NCBI GenBank assembly: GCA_963708295.1
Contig: CAVPSJ010000012.1
Coordinates: forward strand, 96,001-160,000
DNA from: an uncultured delta proteobacterium
GTDB lineage: Bacteria > Desulfobacterota > BSN033 > UBA1163
Direction: 5' to 3'
Length of the DNA: 64,000 nucleotides
The position numbers and the translations under genes are program-made. Below the pieces are notes generated by a model, which made no database searches, was not told the origin of the DNA, and saw nothing but the letters and a program-made list of their open reading frames with translations. This document shows, piece by piece, positions 20,155-32,909 of the stretch. The stretch's first letter is position 1, and every line of letters starts with the position of its first letter.

Positions 20155-20421
20155 TGAGGGATACATGGGGATAGGAATTCTCTGATCTCCCAGGGATGTT
20201 TGGCCACCTCAGCATTCACCCTCCCACCCCCCGCCATTCCATGCTTCGAACCCGTCCAATTGTTCCCACCCATTCATCGCTGTCCGGATGAAAACTCCTC
20301 CTCATCAAGGGGCTTGATTTTTTGCGAAGAAGGCTTACATTCTTATTGACAGGGTTTAAGAGGGGAAGAAAAATGATAAGGGGGGCCACTCCAGGATGAA
20401 TAAAGGTGGTCAGGAGGCGCG

Positions 20422-21495
20422 GTGAATCTCACAAGGCCTGGAGGCGAAGACAAGATCCAGCCGGAGTTTAAATCGATCGCGCTCAAAGGCCTTTTTGTTA
20501 TGGCCTTTTTCTACACCCTCTATTTCGCTCGCGCGTTGATCCTACCGTTCATTTTAGCGTTGCTCCTCAATTTTCTACTGAGACCCGTCGTTCGTATCCT
20601 TAAGAAGGTCAAAATACCGGAGCTGGCAGGGGCTGCTTTAGTCATCATCGCCCTGCTGGGAAGTGCGGGCTACGGAGTCATCAGGCTTTCTGGCCCTGCC
20701 GCCGAGTGGATCAACAAGGTACCGGAAAGTTTGCACCAAATGGAGTCAAAGGTCGTTTTTTTCCGGAAGCCGATCGAAGGGGTGAATAACGCGGTTGAAG
20801 AGCTGAAGGGGATCGCGCGAATGGGCGCGGAGAAAAAACCTGAGGTTGAAATAAAGCCACCGGGGATTACCGACGTTGTTCTATCCGGCACGAGGGAAGT
20901 CCTCGTGAAAAGTTCGGTGATGTTTATCCTCCTCTACTTCCTTCTTGCCTCCGGAGATTTATTCCTGCGCAAGCTGGTCAAGCGGATCCCCACCCTTCAC
21001 AAAAAAAAGGAGATCGTGAGAATCACCCGAGAAGTCGAACACCACACCTCCCGCTACCTTTATACGGTCACAGGGATTAATATTGTGATGGGGACTTTCC
21101 TCGGTGCCAGCATGTATCTCATCGGTATGCCGAACCCTCTGCTCTGGGGCGTGATGGCCGGATTTCTCGTTTTCCTTCCCTACATTGGCCCTCTGATCGG
21201 AATCTCCATTGTCACCATCGTCGCCTTCCTCACTTTTGACAGCCTTGGCCGCATCCTGCTGGCGCCCGCAATCTATATCGCTCTGGAAACCATTCAGGGC
21301 CAAATTGTCACGCCGTTGGTCCTTGGTTTGCGTTTCACCCTGAACCCTGTCGCGATCTTCGTATGGCTCATTTTTTGGGGGTGGATGTGGGGTATCGTTG
21401 GCGCCATGCTGGCATTTCCAATGCTCATGATCTTCAAGATATTTTGCGACCATATCCAGCCCCTCGCACCCGTGGGTGAGTTCCTCGAAAAATAG
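20422..21495 (+). CDS. AI-2E family transporter
   Basis: Multi-TM; FLPYIGP, LNPVAIF..FWGWMWGIVGAMLAFP. Confidence 0.9.
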   Translation: MNLTRPGGEDKIQPEFKSIALKGLFVMAFFYTLYFARALILPFILALLLNFLLRPVVRILKKVKIPELAGAALVIIALLGSAGYGVIRLSGPAAEWINKVPESLHQMESKVVFFRKPIEGVNNAVEELKGIARMGAEKKPEVEIKPPGITDVVLSGTREVLVKSSVMFILLYFLLASGDLFLRKLVKRIPTLHKKKEIVRITREVEHHTSRYLYTVTGINIVMGTFLGASMYLIGMPNPLLWGVMAGFLVFLPYIGPLIGISIVTIVAFLTFDSLGRILLAPAIYIALETIQGQIVTPLVLGLRFTLNPVAIFVWLIFWGWMWGIVGAMLAFPMLMIFKIFCDHIQPLAPVGEFLEK

Positions 21496-22149
21496 TCCCC
21501 TGAGAGCGGGAGAATAGATGTTTTATCGACTGCCTGCCCCAATCTTCTTACTTCTTTCCCGAGGATTCCTTTCTGATATGTTCAACCTTCGGGTGCTGCT
21601 CTTCCCAAAAGTTAAGACGATCGACTCGAATGATCACCCTTTCTGTCAATAACCCCCTTTACGGGATCGGACTTTTCCTGCCGTAATCAGGGCATCGTCG
21701 GGGTATCCCCGCTGTTCCCAGAATCCGGGTATATAATGGTGGTGGTTGCAAGTAAGCCTTTCAGATAGACCCGTATTTTGAGCTGGGTTAAACGGATAAG
21801 CTCTTAGTCAGGGACCTCTTTTTAATAAGAGGTGTTGTTAAACTTTTCACAGGACTTGCCTTTTTAAAGAAGGATAAGCATTTTTAAATTAAGAGGGAAG
21901 CGCATATTATTTCAGTTTTTTTGCGCGGCGATGCTTGCTGCTGTTAAGCGGAGCAAATGGTTCTCCGGGGTTGGCAATCTTCACGGTGCCAGGGGCCTTA
22001 TTTTTGTGAACTGAACTAAATCATTTCCCGATCTTACTAAACGAGTTTGTGAAGGATAAAAGAGGGAAATGATTATTTACAAATCAAGAAGATTCTTTAT
22101 TCAACCGATCTAATCACAGAATTACAGACGGCTTCTTTACCGCTTTTTT

Positions 22150-22431
22150 ATGGCGAAACCAAAGCCCCTTTTGGAGACTAAGATGGCGGTTACAAAGCGA
22201 GGCGACAGGAGAAAAAGGAATAGAAGGCAGAGCGGCCAAAAACAAGGTGATATAGGAAAGATCACAATTCAAGAGGAAAGGGATAAGGAACAGGAAGTCG
22301 TTGTTCACCATGAACCTGTCCGGGAAAAGAAGGTAGGCTCCGTGTGGAGCTGGTATGAAGAGTTTGCAGCAGAATTGAGCGAGACTTATATAACAAAGAA
22401 AAAAAGAGGAAAACCCAAACAAGGAAAATGA
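22150..22431 (+). CDS. Hypothetical basic protein
   Basis: ORF only; no recognised motif. Confidence 0.35.
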   Translation: MAKPKPLLETKMAVTKRGDRRKRNRRQSGQKQGDIGKITIQEERDKEQEVVVHHEPVREKKVGSVWSWYEEFAAELSETYITKKKRGKPKQGK

Positions 22432-22526
22432 ATAGGAATAGAGGCAGGAAACTTGCGATAGGATGTAGCCAGATGAGACTCTATAAGATACGGAAAGAAC
22501 TTCAACATTTCAGGAGGAAACAGGCC

Positions 22527-23117
22527 ATGAAAGGTTTGATGTGTTTAATTTTAGTAGTTTTCGCCCTTATGATCCCAGTTTATACCCATGCAGCCACCTG
22601 GCAGATCGATCCGGACCATTCTAATTTCCAATTCAAGGTCCGTCACATGACTGTCTCCAACGTCAGAGGCGAATTCAACAAAGCAAGAGGCGTTGTCACC
22701 ATCGATGACAACGATATCACGAACCTGAAGGTCGAGCTTACCCTCGATGCCGCCTCTATCAATACGGACCATGCCAAGCGAGATGACCATCTGAGAAGTG
22801 AAGACTTTTTCTATGCGGCCAAATATCCAACCATCACCTTCGTTTCCAAGAAGGTGACCAAAGTGGATGAAAACCGGTTGAAGGTGATCGGAGATCTTTC
22901 CATCCGAGGGGTTACCAAGGAGATAGCAGTGGATGTAGAAGGACTAACCCCTGAAGTAAAAGACCCCGGCGGAAATATCAGAAGGGGGGCAACCGGGACC
23001 TCAAAGATTAACCGAAAGGACTTTGGTATTGCCTGGAATAAGGTTCTTGACAGCGGAGGTCTGGTCGTGGGCGACGAAGTGAATATCTCCGTTGAGGTTG
23101 AGATGGTTAGAAAGTAA
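22527..23117 (+). CDS. YceI family periplasmic lipid/polyisoprenoid-binding protein
   Basis: Signal peptide, WQIDPDHS, FKVRH, RDDHLRS, INRKDFGI; AGGAGG RBS. Confidence 0.93.
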   Translation: MKGLMCLILVVFALMIPVYTHAATWQIDPDHSNFQFKVRHMTVSNVRGEFNKARGVVTIDDNDITNLKVELTLDAASINTDHAKRDDHLRSEDFFYAAKYPTITFVSKKVTKVDENRLKVIGDLSIRGVTKEIAVDVEGLTPEVKDPGGNIRRGATGTSKINRKDFGIAWNKVLDSGGLVVGDEVNISVEVEMVRK

Positions 23118-23165
23118 GGGATATCGTGTGCTTCAGTAAAGAGGAAGTGTCAGCACTCGAAGGTG

Positions 23166-23195
23166 GGTAGGGCCAGAAATGGCCCCGCCTTTTTT
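23166..23195 (+). terminator. Intrinsic terminator after yceI-like gene
   Basis: GGTAGGGCCA-GAAA-TGGCCCCGCC then T6. Confidence 0.65.
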
Positions 23196-23623
23196 GTTTA
23201 TTTCTTTCGGTAGCCATCAACTCTCAGATCGTCTTCTCATTACAGAATAGGAGATGAGGACGACAACATTTTCTTCACCCTTTTCTTTCTGAAGTCGTGA
23301 TTCTAAATCTCTCCCCTCAATACGACATTTCAACTGGTAATAAAAAGCATGAGATTACGTTTCCCAGTGACCCTCATGGCACGGTTAGTACTCTCTTTTT
23401 TCTCGTTGTGAGCTTTTTTTTGGCGTCCAAGGTGGGTCGGCTTTATAGCTTTGCCGTTTGGCATATATGCTCTGAATTTGGCAATGATAATAATGTAATT
23501 GCCCAACCAGGCACTTCAGCCGATCGCTCATAGCGCCCGCCGAGCTTTTTCGTTATACTCGATTTCAATCGTAAATCTTCAAATCCTATAGAAAGCCGTC
23601 TTCACTCTTTGTGGGTCTATCCC

Positions 23624-24490
23624 TTATTTTTCGGTTAACTGACCCACGCGCGATGGGTACGGTTGATTCTGGGCCTCTTCACTCCCGGACATCGTCCGCA
23701 CGGGCGCTCCTGTCTGTTTTCTTGACGTCCCTGAAGTCCGTACAAGTACGTCCACCACATTGCGGACGAACTGTTCCTCCGTGATTCCGTCGATGGCTTC
23801 CTGGGGAAAAGAGACGATCTTCCTGAAATGCGCCGCAATCTGCGCAGAAAAGCTCGACCCGGGATATGGGGTCCAGTTCATTCCTTCGAAGCAGGGCCTG
23901 GAGGGCGATGTTCGCTTCCCGAGGGGAAGTGCGCTGCCTCAGACGCGCTACCAGGTGGGGATAATCCCGGAGTGAGTTGTACTTGTGGGTCAGGATCTGT
24001 TCCAGATCCGGCCTGGGGATCTTGGGTTCCCGGGTGACGATCGTATTGGCGGCGAGATCGCCCAGGCGCTGGGACTTCGGGCTGAGAAGGCAGGAGAGGC
24101 CCCCGACCAGGTAGCATGCCGGAAGGCTGTCGATGAACCGCAACAGATTACGAATCACGATCTGGCTGAACTGCAACCGCAATCCCTGGACATCCATCAC
24201 CCGGAGGGACATCAGCCGTTTTCCAACGGTCTGGCCTTTGTAGGTCCATTCGCAGAAGATGCCGTACCCGATGGAAACAAAAAAATAGGAGAGGATCGCT
24301 GCCGCCTGTGCGAAATCCGCTGCTGACGATCTGGGTCATCTGTATCCCGGTATTGGATGACCATCATGATCGCAAAGACACAACCAAAGTCGATGACCCA
24401 TGCCAGAAAGCGAGCCACAGGGCCGGCCAGCGGAAGAGCAAAGGTGATCCCCTCCGGTGTCTTGATGTGAAGGGTGTTCGTTCTTTCCAT
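23624..24490 (-). pseudogene. RDD family membrane protein (frameshifted)
   Basis: IKTPEGITFALPLAGPVARFLAWVID, GQTVGKR, IRNLLRFID, QRLGDLAANTIV. Confidence 0.85.
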
Positions 24491-25493
24491 CAGGCTTTTC
24501 CTTCGATCTGCCCGACAATCCTAAGAACAGGATCAGGGCGGTAAGCTCTAGGGTTCCAAAAACGATTTTTGCATGATAGGGAATCACAGGCTCGTGGTAC
24601 TGGGAGAAAAAGGCCTCGACGATCCCTGCCCAGACCAGCATGATCGCCAGGCCGCACAGGAGTGTGACCAGTTCGGGAGCGATCGCGCGTAATCGCTTTT
24701 TGAATGAGATGCGCCGTCCCCGGCCAATCAGCGCCCCGGCCAGGATGAAGCCTGCCTGACCTGCCAGGACAACGGCGGGTATCTCGATGGCGCCGTGCGG
24801 CAGCAGCCATCCGAGGAGAAACGTCGACTGACCTCCCTGGACGAAATCCAGGGCGGTGGCACCCAGGATGATCCCGTTGTAGAAGAGGAGGACGACGGTG
24901 CCGATCCCCCAGGTGAAGCCCATGGCGAAGGTGAACAGGGATACCCTCGTATTATGGGTCATGAGGAAGGCAGAGAAGGTAGCCTTTTTCCCTTTCAAGC
25001 GGTCCTTCATCGCCCCGGTCTTTTCTTCGTAAGCCACCCTTTCGGACGGGTCCATCTGAAGGTGAGAAAAAGGCAGAATGACGCTCTTGGCCTCCCTGTC
25101 GATGCTGATCGCAATGCCCCCGATCGAGAACCCAAAAGTCGTGATGCCAAGGGCGAGCACGAACGCATGCATATGACGACGGAACGTTTGAGGAAAAACC
25201 TGGAAAAACCAATGAAGTGGGGAAAAGCGACGTGATTTTTCCCTGATCTCATGGACCTCGGCATAGGCGCGCCCCACCAGGGATTCGAGATAACGGCGGA
25301 TCTCCGTCTCCGTGGAGAAGCCCATGACTCTTGCCAGGCCCGACGAAGTCCGCTGGTAGAGATAGTGGAAGCGCTTGATCTCCGAAAGGTTCATTTTCCT
25401 GAGCGGGTCCCGGTCCAGTTTGTCGAGGATCGACTCCAGCTCTGTCCAATATCTCTTTTCCTCATCGATGAAGCGCTCGAGATCGATGATCAT
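24490..25493 (-). CDS. Stage II sporulation protein M (SpoIIM/DUF95) family membrane protein
   Basis: LYQRTSSGLA, HNTRVS, LFYNG, PHGAIEIPA, AGIVEAF; true stop probably at 24490. Confidence 0.85.
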
Positions 25494-26863
25494 AAGAGCT
25501 GCCTCTGTTTCACATTCATATACTGGGAGACCAGATCAACGCACAGCCGTTCACGATCAAGGAGCGCAAAGTGTACTCCATGACGGGCCAGGGTACTCTC
25601 GATCTCCCGGAGGTGATGCCAGAGAATATGTCCGCTCAATTCATGGTAGATCTCTTCCGGTGATCCGATGCTCGGGTTTGAAAAGACAGGCCGGGCGCCG
25701 TCAGGCCTGAGCATGTTGACCATCACCAGGTGATGACGACCCATCAGATCCACCGTGCGCATGAAAGGACTCTGACAGGACAGGATCATCCAAGCTTGTC
25801 AACACGATGATCAGAGCCCGGCGCCGTAATTTGAGCCGGATAAACGTGGAGAGCTCTTCATAATCCGGATTGACCATCCGGGGATGGAGGTTGAAGAGTA
25901 TGTTCGCGGCAGGCGCCATAGTGAGACTTGCCCCCGCGAGCCCGCAGGAATTCATGGACGGAATCACTGAAGGTGAGCAACCCGAAGAGATCGCCCTGTT
26001 TCTGTGCGGCCAGGCCCACCACCAGGGCGGCCGCAATAAATCGCTCCAGGCACGAGTCGCTGCCGTTGAGATCGCCAGGGGGCATCGCTCACGGAACCCT
26101 GCTTTACCGCTGCAGGAGCGGGCACTGAGTCGAGAGGCGTCGATCACGACATAGACCTCCTGGGTCCTTTCGATCTGGAAGACTTTGGTGATGGGATGAC
26201 GGCGCTTGGCGGTGGCCTTCCAGTGGATTTCATCGAAACCGTCGCCGGGGATATATTCGCGCAGTTTCTCGAACTCCCTTCCCTTGCCGTGCTGACGCCG
26301 AACATGAATGCCGTAGCCGCCCCGGTTGAGGAAGAGCGCGGCCAGGTTGTTTCTTTCCTCGCGCCAGGTTCGGATAAACCCTGATCTCGCACGCGACCTC
26401 CCTGACTCCCCGGAAGGACCAGAGGCCCAAGAAAGATTTCGTTTCGAGATAACACCTTTGGATAAGAAACTGACCGCGCCTCAATGGGGTACAGGGCCAC
26501 TGGACACACACGTGTTCAGCATCCTTTGGGAGGAAGGCGAGAAGGTCTTCCTGAGGGCTCGAAATTTCGCGAGGGAAGGGAAGCCCCAGGCGCAGCGCTC
26601 GTGCCCGCATGTCTGAATGGGTCACGCCGAGTTCAATTGCGCTTTCGCGGTCCCTGGTCATCCGGACGATCGTCGGCAGGTCCACACCGATGTTTCGTAA
26701 ACAGAAGGAGCCGGCCGCGGCGTCCAGGAGAGCGATCAAGATGAGGGTCACGCCTGCGGCAAAAGCAGGGATGGCCGCCCCGTCTGTCAAAACTGGCAGG
26801 AGCGGTCAGAAAGGGCACGGTCAGGCCGTAGAAAACGAGGAGGCGGTGCGTAGGAACAATCAT
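25490..26863 (-). pseudogene. DUF58 (VWA-like) MoxR partner, frameshifted
   Basis: PLRRG, RVYP, GKGREFEKLREYIPGD, IHWKATAKR, IDASR, RRRALIIVLTSL. Confidence 0.85.
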
Positions 26864-27827
26864 CGCGGGACAGCGACCTCCTTGAGAATCTGTTGAATGA
26901 CCTCCGGCACCGTATACCCTTCGATCTCAAACTCGGGTCGGAGGATGATGCGGTGTTCTAGAACAGGACCTGCCATCGCTTTGATATCATCGGGAATCAC
27001 AAAATCCCTTCCGGCCATGGCCGCATGGGCGCGCCCGGAGAGGAGCAGGGCCTGGGTGGCACGCGGCCCGGCACCGACATGCACGCTCCCGTGAGTACGC
27101 GTCGTGCGGACGATGTCCACCAGATAATCCATCAGCTCGGAGCGAAGGGTGATCCTTTGCAGGCATTGACGTAAGGTGTCGAGTTCCTGGTCGCCTGATG
27201 ACCGGATTGACATGCCCGAGAGCCAGCACGGCTTCCGGAGAATCCTGGCCGAGCATACGCCGCGCCAAAGTCAATTCTTCCTCGCGGGCCGGGTAATCCA
27301 TCGTGATCTTCAACATGAACCGGTCTTTCTGCGCCTCGGGAAGGGGATAGGTCCCTTCGTATTCAACCGGGTTCTGGGTGGCAAAGACGGTGAAATTCTT
27401 TGGCAACGGGTAGGTCACCCGGTCAATGGTCACCATGCGTTCCTGCATGGCCTGCAGTAGGGCGGACTGGGTCTTGGCCGGCGCCCGGTTGATCTTCGTC
27501 GGCAAGGAGGAAGGTCGTAAAGACCGGTCCCTTGGCCAGGGTGAATTCTTCACTTTTAAGGTTGAACACATTCGTCCCGACGATATCGGCCGGCATAAGG
27601 TCCGGGGTGAACTGGATTCGGTTAAACTCGCAGCCCAGCACATGGGCCAGGGTCCGCACCAAGAGCGTTTTCGCGATACCGGGGACTCCCTCGACCAGCG
27701 CATGATGATTGGTAAAAATGACGATCAGTGCCTTATCCACCACGTCCTCCTGGCCGATGATGACCTTCGCGACTTCCTGTCTTGCCCGAAGGAGCACTTC
27801 ATGCAGTCGATCCAACATGCCATCCAT
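26860..27827 (-). pseudogene. moxR: MoxR family AAA+ ATPase (frameshifted)
   Basis: [66 protein letters not shown]. Confidence 0.92.
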
Positions 27828-27916
27828 AAAACCTCCTTTGTAACGGAAACATCGTGTCAGTGAATAGTATCAGTGTCAGAAAAAACCGCCTTAAAACTTA
27901 AACTGACACTGGGTAT

Positions 27917-29161
27917 TTATCGCCGCCCTCCCAGGCCACTGATCTCCCGATAGGCCTGCACGGCGTTGCGCTTCTTCTTCGGCTTAGTACGATCTTCGGC
28001 AATGATCTCTTGAATGCGAGGCAGCAGGGCTGAAAGGTTCTGTCTGCCGTGTGTAAAGGAGTGCTTCCATTCCTCCAGGCAGGCGGTAAGGATACGTTCA
28101 GGAGAAATATTGCGACGCAGCAGATTCGTAAACCCGGTGACCGCATCCTTTTCCGGATCGACAGAGGCCCTTTCCTCTTCTACATCGGCGGGAACGAGCC
28201 TGGCGGCTTGTTTCCAGACCGTGAGCAGGGCCAGCCCAATGAGCGAAATGAAGAAAGGAGCCAGCCCATATTTTCGAAGGAGCGTGGCGATTCCAGGGCT
28301 CTTGGACACGCCGAGATGGGTTTCGTCAAAAACGATCTTTCGACGAGTGCCGCATAACCAGGAGAGAAGCTTCGGATATCGTCTATTCTTCATCGCCTCG
28401 TTGCTGAGGAAAAAGGAGTCGGAAGACAAAACAATGCTGCCCTTGCCGTAGGATCGTTCGATGAGCACCGGCTTGCCCGCTCTGGCATAAAGAGTCCGCC
28501 AGGCATCATCCTGGGGTTCAAAAAACAGGGTGCTGTGCCAGGCAAGCGAGGCGGGCAGGTCTTTCTCCGGCCTGCTCAAGTTTGCCTCTGCGTTCTTTTC
28601 CTTTGAAAACTCGGTCAACACGGACCAGCGCCTGGAAAGATCGACATATCCTTTGCGGTTGAGTCCCTGCTCTTCTTCCTGGTCTTTTTCTTCGTCTTTT
28701 TCTTCGCCTTTTTCTTCGCCTTTCTGTTTATCCGGATTCTCTTCTAACTTGGAATCTTTCTTCCCCTTATTCTCTGAACCTATGGCGGGCTGGGCTTGGG
28801 TAGGAAAAAAGGAGATGACAACGCGTCCTCCACCCAGGGCAGCCTCCTCGATCGCCTTCGCCGATGCCTGTCGCATTGCGAAGAAGCGGGATGTTCGAAA
28901 GCCAAAGAGAAAGAGGGTCGCCTCGGATAATCCGGATGCCTTCTGCAGAGGTTCAACATTGCGCGTCGTTTCGACTCCCGGCAGGAGACAGAGGGCTTCA
29001 TAAAAGGCTTGGGTCCCCAGTGGATCCGGACGATACGAGGAATAACGCGGATAGGCGTCGCCCTTCTCGAAGCGCAGCGTCAGAAGATGGATCATCCCAT
29101 AGATGAAGAGGACGGTGACGATCAACAGGAAAAAAGCCCGTAAGAGCTTACCCTTGTGCAT
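27917..29161 (-). CDS. DUF4350-like extracytoplasmic protein, TM at both ends
   Basis: SSYRPDPLGTQAFY, YGKGSIVLSSD..LSN, FDETHLG; operon context. Confidence 0.75.
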   Translation of the reverse strand: MHKGKLLRAFFLLIVTVLFIYGMIHLLTLRFEKGDAYPRYSSYRPDPLGTQAFYEALCLLPGVETTRNVEPLQKASGLSEATLFLFGFRTSRFFAMRQASAKAIEEAALGGGRVVISFFPTQAQPAIGSENKGKKDSKLEENPDKQKGEEKGEEKDEEKDQEEEQGLNRKGYVDLSRRWSVLTEFSKEKNAEANLSRPEKDLPASLAWHSTLFFEPQDDAWRTLYARAGKPVLIERSYGKGSIVLSSDSFFLSNEAMKNRRYPKLLSWLCGTRRKIVFDETHLGVSKSPGIATLLRKYGLAPFFISLIGLALLTVWKQAARLVPADVEEERASVDPEKDAVTGFTNLLRRNISPERILTACLEEWKHSFTHGRQNLSALLPRIQEIIAEDRTKPKKKRNAVQAYREISGLGGRR

Positions 29162-30943
29162 GGCTCTTGATCCTCTCCTGATTTCGTCAGAAAGCGGTCC
29201 ATGATTCCCGGAGTGACTTCGTGCAAGCCGTACCAGGCACCTTCAAAGACGGCTCTGTTTTCTGCAAAGACTCCCGCCAGCTGCGGTTGGGTATGAGAAC
29301 GGCGCCGAAGCTCCAGCTCATACTCCCGATCGGACTTGTATTTAGCGATCGTGATCAACTCCTGGCGCGCCAGGCAGGCCAGGGTTGCCAGATAGAGGGC
29401 GCGCAGCGCCAGCCTGAGTTCTCCCTTTTCCATCAACTCCTCCGGCCAGATGGAGCCAGTCCTCTTCGGGAAGTGCCGTAGCATCCACGTCTTCCCGGGT
29501 GATGTCAGGAACGATTTTGACAGAAACGTCTGCCGTGACCCTTTCGGGCCTTCTATGTCTCCATGCCCGCCACGCAAGAAAGGCCAGCACGGCTGCGATG
29601 CATGCCAATGGGATGATGATGAATGCCCGCGAAAAGGAGGTCCAACGGGAGTCCGGCTTCTCCAGCTGGGGCAAGGACGGAATGATGACGGGAGAGAATG
29701 TCCCTGATAAAGTCCCAGAGCCTTCACCCACCCCTTTTTGACATAGCTCCACCCCGTCCTCAAGGGTGCTCATGATTGAATCGAGAAAATCGTCGACTGC
29801 AGTGTGGCTGCGTACAACGTGCGGAGGTTTTTCGCGCGGCATGCGCCAGCTGTATTCAGGGTTGTGCATGACGCTCTCAATGGCGGAATCGAGCTGTTGG
29901 GCCGAGACAGAGGCGCCAGCATCGCTCATCGCGGTTGGTCCCGGTTGTGCGAAAGCCTTGCCGCAGGAGCCGAAAACAAGAAAAACAGCAATGACGACGG
30001 CGGCCATAGACTCCGGCCGGGCACATGAGCGAAGCTCTACCTTGAGGTCTTCACCGGTCCGCAGAGATTCCCCGTAAAAACAGCGCAGACAGTAGGAGGC
30101 CTTCATGAGCGGGTCGAGGCAGAGATAGCTTAAACTGCAGACAACAGCATAAAAAGTGCATGTTCATGTGGACTCCGCTGATGGAGAAGACGGTTTCGAC
30201 GTCAAAGAGGGTCTTCAGGAGCCAGGGAAGCAAGAGCAAGGCGATGCCGATATTCAAGGCGGTGATCATCCCCAGGGGACAGAGGGGAACGACCACCAGC
30301 GCCGCAAGGATCATGAGGAGGGGGACGGATGCCTCGGGATTGAGCGAAGACGATACGGGAACGATGACAAAGATAAAGAATGCGGCAAGCACGAGGAGAA
30401 AAGGGCTCGTCAGCCAGAGGATCAAGGTATTCTGCATGGGCCAGAGCGAGGCCTGACGCCAGGATTTCCGCACGACGGCCCTCAGGTTGCCCTCGTCCCC
30501 GCTCCCCATCAGACTGACATTCTGAAAAAAGGCGAATGCCTGAGGGAAAGGAAGCATGATGATGAAGGCGACGGGCAGAATAAGAATACTCCACGGTTGG
30601 AGTGGCGGTTTGAATAGCGGCAGCGCGCAGCCATGCGGCGTAAACCCCATCCGGGGGACGATTCCCCCCTGATCCTCTCGAAGAGACGGCGTGCATACAG
30701 GCTCTGCCAGGTTTTCATCCAGATGAACAAGAGAGTCAAGCCCCAGGAGGCTTCAGGACAGTGCCTCCAGGCATCGGCGCCGGTGCTCATGTCGGTCCAG
30801 AAGTAGAGGAGTCCCAAAATAAAGGGAAGGCTGCCGAAATAGTAAGGTGCGAGGAGGACCGGATTCGCACGCAGCAGGTGCGTGGCTTCTTCCAGGATGT
30901 CAACCGCCGACTTTCCGCCGCGATCTCTGCTCTTGTGCTTCAT
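29122..30943 (-). pseudogene. Multi-TM membrane protein with C-terminal DUF4129-like domain (frameshifted)
   Basis: TM fragments; YGESLRTGEDL; GELRLALRALYLA..KSDREY..FEGAWYG. Confidence 0.7.
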
Positions 30944-31257
30944 GGATCCGCCGATTCCTCCTGCCCGATCGCCACCTCATGGAAGGAGGATGGGATGGTG
31001 AGTAAAGCCTTGCCGAGCAGGTAGAAGGACGACCAGAGCAGCAGCACGCCCACGAGGACCTGGGCGAGCCGCGCGAGCCAAACCAGCCGGTATCGTCTGA
31101 CCGTCTTTGGGCTGAGACGTTTCAGACAAGAAGCGCAGATGACCCGATCGTCGTGCTCGCTGATGCATTCCCGGCAGAAGGTGCGTCCGCATTCCGGGCA
31201 GCGTGCGACGGCTTCACGAGAGGCATGATTGAAACATCGCTCCTGGGCGATACTCAT
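30940..31257 (-). CDS. B-box-like zinc-finger membrane protein
   Basis: CFNH-x7-CPEC-x4-CREC-x9-CASC then one TM. Confidence 0.75.
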   Translation of the reverse strand: MSIAQERCFNHASREAVARCPECGRTFCRECISEHDDRVICASCLKRLSPKTVRRYRLVWLARLAQVLVGVLLLWSSFYLLGKALLTIPSSFHEVAIGQEESADP

Positions 31258-32321
31258 TCCTTGACTTCACCCCCTGAGTTCTGACCGGGGCGAGAAGCGC
31301 TTGCCGAATCATCACGGTGCCTTTTCACCCTGACGAGGCCAAGTGCGCCCAGGACAAGGGAACAGGCGGCTGCGAAGGCATAGACACCCATGACCAGGGG
31401 CGAGTCTTGAGGCGACAGATCAAGCATGACCCGGTACATGTCCCATTGCGTAATCATCCTATCAGGTCTTGCTGGTCATCAACGTCGTCATCATGAGTAC
31501 GTAGCTCAGAAGAAAGGAAACACAGACAAAGCCCAGCGATGCCCAGGTCATCTTTCGAACGGTGCTTGGGATATCGCTTTCATGCTGTTTTACAAGGGCG
31601 ACAATGACAAGAATGGAGTATGTTAGCGTCAACACAGAGGAAACACCAGTCATGGTTGCGGTGTGATAGAGAAGAAGGATGCCGGTCAGAATGCCATCCA
31701 GTCAGAATGAGGCCAAAGGCCATCAAGTGTACGGTACCGTCGTCATGACGGATCTGGTGTCCTCTGGCATGGGGCTGTCGCAATGAGCGCGTACGGTACG
31801 GATGCGAAATTCCTTGATTTTGGTCGATGCTGACTTCTTCAGGGCCGAGTCTCCCCTGGGCCCTTTCGATAGCCGGCCGAAGCGTTTCAATCACTTTGCG
31901 TGCTACCCGCAGGCGATTGAGCGAGGGAAGTTGGTCCTCTTGCACGGCAGTCATGATATGACAGATGCAGGTTGGACCTCTCAAGGATATTGATCAGCAG
32001 GAAGACAAGAAACGTTCCGGAGAGAATCCAGAAGAAAATACGGAAGGATTCTACTTCGAGAAAGAGCGCTCCCATGAAGGAACAGGCGATCATCAACGCC
32101 AGGACGATACTCCAGGCGGCCCCACGTCTTGTTCTCCGGGTGATGATGGCCTGGATATCGGAGAAGTAGAAGCGTTTGTAATCCTCGGAGAAGCCATTGC
32201 TATCCACCGCAAGGATATGGTCATTTCCCAGGTAGAGCGAACATCTGGAGAGTGAGACGGTAATGAAACCTCTTCTGCGGGGGCCTCTTCCCGGAAGTCG
32301 CTTGTATTGGGTTTGTGCCAT
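31254..32321 (-). pseudogene. Hypothetical membrane protein (frameshifted)
   Basis: SLYLGNDHIL..EDYKRFYFSDIQAI plus several TM fragments. Confidence 0.6.
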
Positions 32322-32333
32322 CCATGCTTGTAT

Positions 32334-32904
32334 TCACCGCCTCGAGACGAAATAGACGATGCCAGTGGTCCACGCGAGGATCTGGAGGCCGGAAATGACT
32401 ATTGCCAGAATGAAGCGGACCTTGGTCCGCTTGACAACACTCATGGGTGAATTCCAATGCCGGATGGAAAGATAGATGGCGACAGGGGCTGTGACTATTG
32501 TAAACCAGACTGTGATTATTGGGAACAAGGCGAGCCTGAGCGCAACGCCGTCATAGAGCACCCGATGACGGTCAAGGTTGATGATCCTGCCTTTTTTCTT
32601 CCCTGTTTCCAGACAGGCCGGACAGAGGTGCTTCCCGCCCAATTCCACGTCGCAGAGGGCGCACAGGAATCGCCCGCAATGGTCGCAAGGGAGGACGGCC
32701 TTTTTTTTGGGATGGTAATAGCAGCTCGCCTGGTCATCGATCAGCGCCTCTCCTTCCTTTCCCGGCTGAAGACCTCGAAAAAGGGCCGGAAACACATCGA
32801 TTGTAATCGGCGCATGACAGGATGGACATGGGATAAGATCCGGAGTGTTATAGTACCCCGGAGGAATCGAGCGTATGACAGTGTGTGCAGGAGATTTCTT
32901 CCAT
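32334..32904 (-). pseudogene. Zn-ribbon + B-box-like membrane protein (one frameshift)
   Basis: MEEISCTHC..CPSC; CYYH-x7-CDHC..CALC..CPAC; two C-terminal TM. Confidence 0.7.
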
Positions 32905-32909
32905 TGATC

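Noticed and set aside
23458-23475. Sigma-54 site TTGGCATATATGC
   Set aside because: GG-to-GC spacing is 7, not 10
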